Positions 52,663 to 60,619 of a stretch of 64,000 bases of DNA are shown piece by piece (within the stretch, counting starts at the first letter, position 1; each line of letters starts with the position of its first letter). Under the pieces are notes generated by a model. The model saw only the letters and a program-made list of their open reading frames with translations, did not search any database and was not told where the DNA came from. The stretch spans positions 496,001-560,000 of the forward strand of contig CDRNVI010000012.1 of assembly GCA_977017575.1 (NCBI GenBank), given 5' to 3'. The position numbers were made by a program, and so were the translations under genes. Origin of the DNA: Paramoeba atlantica (lineage: Eukaryota > Protista > Discosea).

Positions 52663-52834
52663 ATGTCCCCCCGTTTAAGCGCACCTCGTTTTCCGTGAAA
52701 AGTGCGCTTAAACGGGGGGGGCTGAATCTGTACATTAAAAAAAATTGGCGCCGCTTCGCGGCGCCGCAGTCTACACCTCACCTCTATGTGCGCTTAAACG
52801 GGGGTCTGACTGCGTGCGCTTAAGGGGGGGACAG
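52663..52834. mobile_element. TA-CTGT family MITE (taagcgcac subfamily) with central GC hairpin
   Basis: ta|atgtccccccgtttaagcgcac, inverted copies gtgcgcttaaacggggg (x2), hairpin at 52747..52765, gtgcgcttaagggggggacag|ta. Confidence 0.85.
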
Positions 52835-52867
52835 TATATGTAGTAGTAAGGTATACGTAGTAAGGTA

Positions 52868-52969
52868 TACAGTCCAGCTCTTGGCTCCCCCCCGGCTGCA
52901 GATCGCACCGTAAGAGCTTTTGACCTGATTCCTTCGGCATTCAACAGATCTCGAAAAACTAGAGCGTTT
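52868..52969. repeat. ~100-bp dispersed repeat, inverted copy at 59859..59964
   Basis: acagtccagctcttggctc...gcaccgtaagagcttttgacct.att..ttcggcattcaacagatctcgaaaaactag is the reverse complement of 59859..59964. Confidence 0.85.
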
Positions 52970-53119
52970 ACTGCCGTCATTTTGACCATACCGACCCCTA
53001 TGCGCATCATAGCTAAAAAATACAGGAAAAAGTAGGTGTTTTTTTCATAATTTAAAAAAATCCATTTGTTCTAATTTTTCAGAGCTTTTTTCTTTATAAA
53101 TGGTTTCTCATTCCCCCAG

Positions 53120-53188
53120 CTAGCCTCGTACCCCGCGGCGGTACCAGTCTTGTACTGCCGCCTGTACAATCTGGGCATTGCCTTTCTC
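53120..53188 (-). pseudogene. 5'-truncated relic of a sibling RLE retroelement (last 23 codons)
   Basis: Translates EKGNAQIVQAAVQDWYRRGVRG*, versus QKGNAQIAHAAVQNWYRRGVR* at the end of ORF 53523..56948. Confidence 0.9.
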
Positions 53189-53288
53189 ATTCAATGAATT
53201 TGCGGGATACTCCCGTTCAATCTACACAAGGACAGTATATCAACTCTCCCAAAAACAAAACACCCCCAATCAGTCATAAAATAGTGCG

Positions 53289-53352
53289 ATGAATCCAATA
53301 GAGAACGTTTGGTCCATAATGGACCGAATTGTAAAGGAAAAATTGAGGGAGA
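53289..53352 (+). pseudogene. Tc1-like transposase sliver
   Basis: NPIENVWSIMDRIVKEKL, cut at a TA by the TIR element starting at 53355. Confidence 0.6.
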
Positions 53353-53492
53353 TACTGTGCCCCCCCACTTTTTCGAAAAAAGGACAATTAAATGGGGGGG
53401 ATCAATTTATTTGGTTAGATGAAACAAAGGTCCCAAACTTTTTTCATTATTTTAGGAATGAAAACAGGTTTAGGAAGCAAATGAAAGAAACC

Positions 53493-56400
53493 TTTTTTTT
53501 TGTTTGTCCGCCCCCGAGCCCATTAGCGCACGCCCCTACGGTACCAGTTTTGTACCGCGGCATGCGCTATCTGGGCGTTCCCCTTTTGGATGGCTACCCC
53601 GATTGCCATGATGAAGTGGCTGAGGCAACCATTCTTCTCGCCGGTGGCCTTCCGAGCGACCAGATTTAGAAACTGGAGGGTCTCGGGTCCGGGGACACCG
53701 TACGTGGTGAAGGCCAAGGGGAAGAAATCCATCTCCCTGTCCCCCGTCATTTCCTCGTGAGTGCGCCTTTTGAGACGCTCTGCCTGCCTCACGGTGAAGG
53801 AGGGATCAGCAGCCTCCTTATCTACGTAGGACGGGGCCAGTGGGTTTACCACCGTCGCGTCCACTAGGACTAGCTTCCGCCCCAAAAGGAAACAAATGTC
53901 CGGTCCCCGACCGTTATCGAATCTAGGTTCGACGAGGTCTGGGGAGAATCCGTACTGGATTAATAGGTTGCGGAAAGTTTCCTTGACCCCCTTGTGGCGA
54001 GAGGCTTGTGTCTTTCCCCGAACCTTCTTACAATCCATGGCGTGGACGCAGAACTCCTCATTTTTGAGGGCCGCGCCACACACACATTGGATTTCTGGTT
54101 CGGAGGTGGGGGCCACCATGTACCGGACTCTAGCGGCGGTCTCCCATTCGGGATCCCGCATGTAGTACTCCGGCCTGTTCGGCCACGCATTCATCCACTT
54201 GGTCGAGTGGATGTTCTGGATCTGTCGCATGCAGACCAGATGCGTGGCCGACGGTGCCTTGTCCAAAGCAGCCGCCCCATAGGCGCGTCTTTGCTCCCTG
54301 GCGGGGGTGCCGGGGGACTGGCCTTGTAAGGCCTTGACTGCTTTGGCCTGCATGTCCTCCGCTTTGTCTTCGAAGGGGATGGTGCCCAGGAAGTCCGCCG
54401 TAAAAAGTTTGTTTACGAACGGCGTCGTTCCCATAGCACCCATCCCTCCGATAAGAGCTTCGGAGCATGCGGTGATGGCCGCGTCCACCTGCAGGTTCGC
54501 CTTTTTGGTCACCCCCGGTTCGTGCGTGCAAACTATGTGGTTCCACCGGGGGCTCCCGCATAGGCGGAGGAGAGGGAGGGCGCACTGTCTGGGTAAATCC
54601 TTGAGTTTACCCAGGAAATTAGTGACCTTGGGGACCTTGGAGAGGACCCATTCCTCTTCCCGCGCTTCCGAGGCGCCAATGTACGCCCCCAGAAGTTTCA
54701 GTCCCCCCGGACCGTGTTGCATCCGGCTCCCCGAGAAAGCCGTGTGCAGGCCTGGGTGGCGGGTAGCAACCTTGCACTTGGCCAGCTGTGCCAGGCTGTC
54801 CGGGGAAGGCGTGATGTCACCCTGCTCCGTCACCGCGCCTTGGGTATTGGGGGGCGTGACACTGGGGGCCTTGTAGGGAGGGTCCGTCCCAGCCATATGG
54901 GGGTAAGGCGGCGGAGGGGAGGTGGGGCACTCGCATTCCTGACGGGAGGAGTTACGAGGAGAAGTAGAGGCCGCGATTCCCTCCATGATAGTACCTGCCC
55001 CACCCGGGGTAGGGGTTGTAGCGCCAGGGGTAAGGACATTTTGGGTCTCCCTCCGGGCCCGCCACGTCTTAGAATGAGGACCTGGGTTTGCCTCGATACA
55101 GCCTCTGCGGAGGTTGCATTGAACAACACGGGTGGTCCAGCCCGTTTCGCTTACCAGGGTTTCCGTGGGAAGGAAACAGCAAAGGAGCCCTTCTTCGTAG
55201 TTGCGGGGCTCCCAGGCACCGGTCATGATCCGGGGGATACCCAAGACCTCGTTCAGACCGGCGGGGATGTCGTGCGCCGCACTCACCCCTGGGGCGGAGA
55301 CCATGCCGTGGTGTGTCCCGTCATACACCCTGACTGTGGCTCCATCGCTAGGCCCTGGGGGAAAGGGGGGAAGGGAGAGGCTGACCGCGACTCTTTGCGC
55401 TCTGTCCAGCCCTTCCCAGTCGGTGATGGGGGTGGCTTCGCCGGAGATGTCCTTCGGCAGCAGGCTCTCTCCGGGGACCCCTAACGTGTTGCCCACAATG
55501 CTGATTGTGGCTTGAAACGAGCGTTCGGGCGGGCAGGGGATGACTATGTGACCCACGCGCTCGGGGCCAATGTCGAGGAGGATTTTGAGGACCTCTTCCC
55601 CAGCCGGCTCGTATGGTTTGTCCGGGACTTCCCCACAGGGTGCTCTCGCCTGTATCGGGTACGCGCCCGACCTGTCCGCCAGTGGAACTGGGGGGAAAGG
55701 AGAGGGGGGAGGGAGGAGAGGAGGGAAGTTGGGAATGGGGGGATGAAAGGAGCGTAGGGGGGGCACGGGCCATGGAGGTCCTTTAGCCACTGTGTTGACC
55801 TGGGCCAAGCGCAGGCGGGCTTCCTCGGCGCAGAACCCCTCATAGTACGCCAGCATGGAGGCGTACCGCTCCGTTTTGATCCGGAGGGCTTCAGGGGCAT
55901 GCTCCTTTAGCAGGGCAATAGATGCTTTCCTTAGCCGCTTGGGACCGTGCATCTTTACTAGGTGCGACTGTAGGGCTACATGGTGGGGTTGGGCTACCCC
56001 ACATTCAATGCAGACCAAATGGCCGGCATTGATCAGAAGAAAGCGATCCTCGATGGCTTTCTGGGCCGCGTGCAGACCACTGACAGCCTCCAGGGTCAGC
56101 TCATGGCGTGCCCGGGCCTCCATTTCCTCAAGGGAGATCCTCTCGTGCTCCGAGTGTAGGGTCGAGAGGAGACGCAGAGAGACAGAGCATCTTCTAGTTT
56201 GTGCTAGAGGGAGCCCCGAGCTAGAAGGGGAGGGGAGGAGTTTAAAGCGCACAGCGTCCATCTCCTTGAACTGCTGCGCTAGCGTGGGGAGTTTCGGCGG
56301 ACGCTCCGACGGGGCGGGGGCGTCGCTGTCCATCGCGTCCGACGTGATCGGGGGGGCGGTCGCCAGGCCAGGCGTCGAGATGCGGGAGTATGACGTGTTC

Positions 56401-57090
56401 CGACTGTCGGAGGTAGGGAGGGGAGCGAAGGAAACGTTGGCAGCTTTCCTCAAGATGGGGGTGGGGGCGACCGTAGTACCTGTACGGTCAAAGCTCCGGG
56501 ATCTGTCCCGAGAGGAAGAAGAACGTGGGATCCTGCGGGCTGTGGAGTTGGCTCGGGAGGATCGAGAGGAAGACGTGGAACGGGATGGAGGGGTCCCTGA
56601 GGCTTGCGTCGAGGCACGCACTCTAACGTCGTTCCTGTGCCGAGAGCGCAGAGTAACGCACTCCTCACACAGGCGGTTGTCCCGCCTGGTTGGCACGAAA
56701 GGGAGGCCACAGAAGTCGCAGGCACATGACTTGTGCTGCTCCTTGACACGGACGACCAAGTCCGGCCTCGCCTTCTTCAGCTCCTCGATGGAGAGCTGGC
56801 GCAGCCCCTCGGCCCCTACGGAGGGGTGGGGGCTGGAGCCTCGCCTGAGAGGGGTGGTAGCAAGTCCCCCTGAGGTCGAGGATGATGGGGTGTTAATCCC
56901 AGTATCGGAATCCTTGTATCCCCGGTGGCCACGCCGACGTCTGGTCATGGGCTTGCGCCGGGGAGAGAGAGAGTAGAGGTAGAAAAAGAAAAGGATTCAA
57001 CTTTAGGAATCTCCAAAGCGTTCGGATAAAGTTGGCTTTACAGAAACGGTATCTTTATCGTATGAGTAGTTTTTCTACCTATCCCGTACT
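53493..57090 (-). mobile_element. CRE/SLACS-like RLE-type non-LTR retroelement with internal RT deletion; poly(A) at 53493..53501; 5' boundary uncertain
   Basis: Short 3' UTR then A9; ORF ends with CVCG..CVHAMDC..RH and GPDICF...LVDATV...AERLK (CCHC plus PD-D-K endonuclease). Confidence 0.88.
53523..56948 (-). CDS. 1141-aa retroelement polyprotein: Zn ribbon, C2H2 finger, 2A-like motif, distal RT/thumb remnant, RLE endonuclease
   Basis: CDFC..LCEEC; CIECG..HVALQSHLVKMH; LRRGCIEANPGP; LAKCKV...GLKLLGAYIG; no QG..LS or Y(A/L)DD motif seen. Confidence 0.88.
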   Translation of the reverse strand: MTRRRRGHRGYKDSDTGINTPSSSTSGGLATTPLRRGSSPHPSVGAEGLRQLSIEELKKARPDLVVRVKEQHKSCACDFCGLPFVPTRRDNRLCEECVTLRSRHRNDVRVRASTQASGTPPSRSTSSSRSSRANSTARRIPRSSSSRDRSRSFDRTGTTVAPTPILRKAANVSFAPLPTSDSRNTSYSRISTPGLATAPPITSDAMDSDAPAPSERPPKLPTLAQQFKEMDAVRFKLLPSPSSSGLPLAQTRRCSVSLRLLSTLHSEHERISLEEMEARARHELTLEAVSGLHAAQKAIEDRFLLINAGHLVCIECGVAQPHHVALQSHLVKMHGPKRLRKASIALLKEHAPEALRIKTERYASMLAYYEGFCAEEARLRLAQVNTVAKGPPWPVPPLRSFHPPIPNFPPLLPPPSPFPPVPLADRSGAYPIQARAPCGEVPDKPYEPAGEEVLKILLDIGPERVGHIVIPCPPERSFQATISIVGNTLGVPGESLLPKDISGEATPITDWEGLDRAQRVAVSLSLPPFPPGPSDGATVRVYDGTHHGMVSAPGVSAAHDIPAGLNEVLGIPRIMTGAWEPRNYEEGLLCCFLPTETLVSETGWTTRVVQCNLRRGCIEANPGPHSKTWRARRETQNVLTPGATTPTPGGAGTIMEGIAASTSPRNSSRQECECPTSPPPPYPHMAGTDPPYKAPSVTPPNTQGAVTEQGDITPSPDSLAQLAKCKVATRHPGLHTAFSGSRMQHGPGGLKLLGAYIGASEAREEEWVLSKVPKVTNFLGKLKDLPRQCALPLLRLCGSPRWNHIVCTHEPGVTKKANLQVDAAITACSEALIGGMGAMGTTPFVNKLFTADFLGTIPFEDKAEDMQAKAVKALQGQSPGTPAREQRRAYGAAALDKAPSATHLVCMRQIQNIHSTKWMNAWPNRPEYYMRDPEWETAARVRYMVAPTSEPEIQCVCGAALKNEEFCVHAMDCKKVRGKTQASRHKGVKETFRNLLIQYGFSPDLVEPRFDNGRGPDICFLLGRKLVLVDATVVNPLAPSYVDKEAADPSFTVRQAERLKRRTHEEMTGDREMDFFPLAFTTYGVPGPETLQFLNLVARKATGEKNGCLSHFIMAIGVAIQKGNAQIAHAAVQNWYRRGVR

Positions 57091-57093
57091 AGT

Positions 57094-57105
57094 GTAGTAG
57101 TAGTG

Positions 57106-57136
<31 letters not shown>
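57094..57136. repeat. (GTA)n microsatellite
   Basis: gtagtagtagtggtagtagtagta... about 14 units with one interruption. Confidence 0.95.
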
Positions 57137-57137
<1 letters not shown>

Positions 57138-57229
57138 TTCTTTTGTCAAACCGCTATAAGGTATGGGGTATGATAGAGCACCGACTCGTGGAGTAGGAGG
57201 GCATATTGTAACCCAAGCATGAAGGCGAC

Positions 57230-57410
57230 GTGGGCGAGACGATTCGGACGGTGGTGGCGAATGACGGTTCGCAGAGAGGAAAGGTTCGCAGGGAAGAAGG
57301 GAGTGGTGGTGGTGGTGGGGAATGGTTGTTCGCAGAGAGGGGAGAAGAAGGGAGTGATGTTGGAGGACAATGACGGTTCGCAGGGAGGGGAGAAAGGAGG
57401 GGTGGTGGGG
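57230..57410. repeat. Degenerate purine-rich tandem repeats
   Basis: gttcgcag(a/g)ga(g)ggg(g)agaa(g)aaggga-like units recur 3-4 times. Confidence 0.6.
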
Positions 57411-58118
57411 GTGAATAACTATTATCCATACAAAGGAAGTAACCGAAAAAAAGTTAGAAACGTAGGTATAGCATATTGTAACATGAAAAACTTGAACTAG
57501 ACAGTATATAAATACAAACTGACGTCGGGCCCTGATATACTGTATGTATCAGGTTCGTAGGGAAAAAATTGAGCCCCCCCTCAAAAAAAAATCCGGAGCC
57601 GCTTCGCGGCGCCTCCTGCCCAGTCTCGCCAAAAAGGACAATTAAGTGGGGGGGGGGGGACTACGACAATTAAGTGGGAGGGGGACACAGTACTACCCCC
57701 TCGCTACCGTAGGTAAATTCGTCGTGCCCGATTTCGTGCCCGATTTGTGGCCCGATATCGTTTCAGGTGAGTTTTCGAAAAAAATGTTTACAAAGACGTA
57801 TGTATCGAATAGAGTGACATGATCACTAGTTTTTATTATGGGTGAAGCTAAAAAAATATATTTTTCCGAAAATCAACTCCTAGACCGCTTTTTGAGAGTT
57901 TGGGGCCTGATATACCTGCATACACTTTGGTTTCATTCGATATTTCTCCATCCTGTGCCGGTAATTCACTTACAAAGGCTAAAATCTACCTGAAAGTGTG
58001 TGACACACAAGGCCGTAGAGGAAGGAGGAGGCGCAAGGCAAAAAGACAGAAGGCTCCGCCTTCTGCCTTTTTGCCGCAGCGACGACGACTTCCTCGCGTG
58101 GGAAGCTGTAAGGGGTGG

Positions 58119-58365
58119 AAGTATAGGAATATTGCATAAGTATAGGAATATTGCATAAGTATAGGAATATTGCATAAGTATAGGAATATTGCATAAGTAT
58201 AGGAATATTGCATAAGTATAGGAATATTGCATAAGTATAGGAATATTGCATAAGTATAGGAATATTGCATAAGTATAGGAATATTGCATAAGTATAGGAA
58301 TATTGCACAAGTATAGGAATATTGCACAAGTATAGGAATATTGCATAAGTATAGGAATATTGCAT
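58119..58365. repeat. 19-bp minisatellite, 13 copies (aagtataggaatattgcat)
   Basis: 247 bp = 13 x 19; two units carry gcac. Confidence 0.97.
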
Positions 58366-58496
58366 AGCCGTCTAATCATGTCACAAAATACTGTGAATTG
58401 GTTTAGTATAGGTTTAGTTTTTGGGTATCACGCTTTCACGTGACTCAGTGGCCCGGCCGGCCCCTCCGTGCGTTCGGCCTCTCATTTCCCCCAAAA

Positions 58497-58573
58497 CAAC
58501 TACCACCTTCCCCCCATTTATCAGGGGTCGCTCGCGCGACCCCCGCTAAATAGGGGGGGGAAGGTGGTAGTTG
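58497..58573. repeat. Miniature fold-back (19-bp arms with a central GC hairpin)
   Basis: caactaccaccttcccccc / ggggggaaggtggtagttg flanking ggggtcgc-tcgc-gcgacccc. Confidence 0.75.
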
Positions 58574-58707
58574 TGGGGTATGGAGGCCTCTCGCAACTCC
58601 GGGGCCTCACCGGGAGCAAAGGTGAGTTCCCATAGCACCCCGCACCAACTTTTGGTAAAAGTTGAAATCGGTGCCTAAAACTTTATGCATGTGATTGTGC
58701 TGTTCCG

Positions 58708-59340
58708 AAGTATAGGAATATTGCATAAGTATAGGAATATTGCAGAGCCCCTCTAATTTTTTTTTAACTTTTGAAAAATTTCTCCTGGCAAGATCCCACC
58801 TGTATTGGATCTTACAAATCCTTTTCCTTGTAGATGAGACTCCAAAGTATATACGCACATCACATTTTCTAAAAATGGAAAAGTTGCATATAGGGGGTGA
58901 CCCCGCCAAAGTAGCCAAAAACAGGTGAAAATGGGCTTTTTTAAGCAAAATCCACGAAAAGTGGCCATTTTAGGGCATTTTAGAAGGGTCACCCCTTATA
59001 CATGTATGTGAAGTCTTCATTTGAAGTAAAAGTAGTTCAAAGTGATAGATTAGGGTACGTTATAGCGTCCATATGTTCGGTATTCCATTTTCCCGGGGAT
59101 ACAAGTCTATGAGGCACGTAACAAATAAAAAAACTCGTATATTTTCGAGAAATATACCACCCTTGACTTTGTAAAAATTTGTTTCAAATTACAAAAAATA
59201 GGTGGTTTCCCGACAGTGTAATCGCAGATCTATACAACGGTTATAATTGTCTACCGAAATCAAGAAACTCATATTAAGGGGTGGGGGGTCAAAAATAGAG
59301 TTATGCAATATTCCTATACTTATGCAATATTCCTATACTT
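58708..59340. mobile_element. Fold-back-like element whose ends are two copies of the 19-mer in inverted orientation
   Basis: aagtataggaatattgcataagtataggaatattgca (58708..58744) versus ttatgcaatattcctatacttatgcaatattcctatactt (59301..59340). Confidence 0.7.
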
Positions 59341-59371
59341 TGACCGCTGTAAGGGGTCCTAAGGCTATGTA

Positions 59372-59564
59372 ACCCAGGCTAAAGTGGACGAGGGAGATAC
59401 TAAAAGCACCTTTGGAAGACCGCCACAAAACTGGAACGTCATCTCCCGTTAAAGATCCTTTTGTGACATCAGAATGCTCTACAAAACGGGAGATACGGTT
59501 CCAGTTTTGTGGCGGTCTTCAAAAAGGTGCCTTTAGTATCTCCCTCGTCCACTTTAGCCTGGGT
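59372..59564. mobile_element. Fold-back MITE, ~79-bp arms, CCC..GGG ends
   Basis: acccaggctaaagtggacgagggagatactaaa...ctcccgtt and its reverse complement; flanks gtaa / ttta. Confidence 0.85.
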
Positions 59565-59858
59565 TTAAACCCGAGACCGAAAAACGGCTCCGAAAGGCAA
59601 TAAAGAAAGCCTTTGCAATGCTTAAGCGTCATCCTTATCGACGCCAAGTTTTAAATTGTGTAAATTCTGTTCCTAAATGCTTGCGCATTGTGCAGCGCGT
59701 TCAAGGAGACCATTGTGGGTACTAGTGCATAGGAATTTGTACTCATTTCTTATTTTTTTACCCCCCGTGAAAAAGCAAAATTGGGGGAAATTTCCCAACT
59801 TTCACCACGCCCACCTAGGACCCAGGGGGGGGGGGGTGATAGGCAAAGCAACGGTGGG

Positions 59859-59964
59859 AAACGCACTAGTTTTTCGAGATCTGTTGAATGCCGAATGAAT
59901 TAGGTCAAAAGCTCTTACGGTGCGCTCTGGAGCCTGGGGGGTGCGAGCCAAGAGCTGGACTGTA
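59859..59964. repeat. ~100-bp dispersed repeat, inverted copy of 52868..52969
   Basis: Direct inspection of the reverse complement. Confidence 0.85.
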
Positions 59965-60619
59965 TGTATGGTAGTAAAGCCTATAGGATGCGCAATATTA
60001 ATTTTGCAAATTTTTCTATTTTAGTGGCTTCGTTAAATGCGGTGGTTGTTTTCAACTTAGAAGTCACTCATGCTGCGCGCTTCGCGTTGAAAACGCATTG
60101 AAAACTACCTCCGCGTTTAACGGAGCCACTAAAAAAGAAAATTTGCCAAAAGAACACGAATAACGTATTTTTTTGGGTAAAAAAGCTCCCGTTTTCGGCG
60201 AAAATTGCGAAATTTTAATCCAAATTCGGACTTTTTTTGATGCCTTACCAGTAGGGGCAGGGGCCGCATCTGCCAAAAAAAATGTCGTAGAATGGTAGCC
60301 GAGATCCCAAGCTCTTAAAATACGTTTTACACACCTTAGCAGTTAATTAATTAATTTACTATTAACAAATTAGCACAATTAATTTGCAATTAATTAACAA
60401 ATTAGAAGAATTTGTATATATTAGATTCATCCCCATCGCTGTTTGTATAATGAAAGAGTCATCCCTGAGAGAGAGAGAGAGAGAAACATATTGGAACTCG
60501 CATGGGTCCCATGGAATGTAGAGTTCGTGCCGCAGGGGCTGCGCGATTCGCGGACGATTCGGAGCGGGAGGAGTCACTGGGAAGCTACGTATTTTTGAAT
60601 GGACATCTATAATACAGTA

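Larger units (their letters stand above)
53355..57690. mobile_element. TA-CTGT family TIR element (gacaattaa subfamily) enclosing the retroelement
   Basis: Left ta|ctgtgcccccccac...ggacaattaaatggggggg; right GC hairpin, ggacaattaagtggggg.. and gacaattaagtgggagggggacacag|ta. Confidence 0.62.

Noticed and set aside
53400-53492. SL-derived target-site duplication at the retroelement 3' end
   Set aside because: After the poly(A), only gtttct resembles the 5' SL-like sequence; too short to call a TSD.
58119-58365. CRISPR array, or FRT-like recombination sites (aagtataggaa matches part of the Flp binding element)
   Set aside because: Units are head-to-tail with no spacers and no cas genes; there is no inverted pair around an 8-bp spacer as in FRT; an 11-bp AT-rich match is plausible by chance.
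57966-58379. ORFs with repeating MQYSYTYAIFLYLCNIPIL
   Set aside because: Translation of the 19-bp minisatellite in three frames; no evidence of coding.
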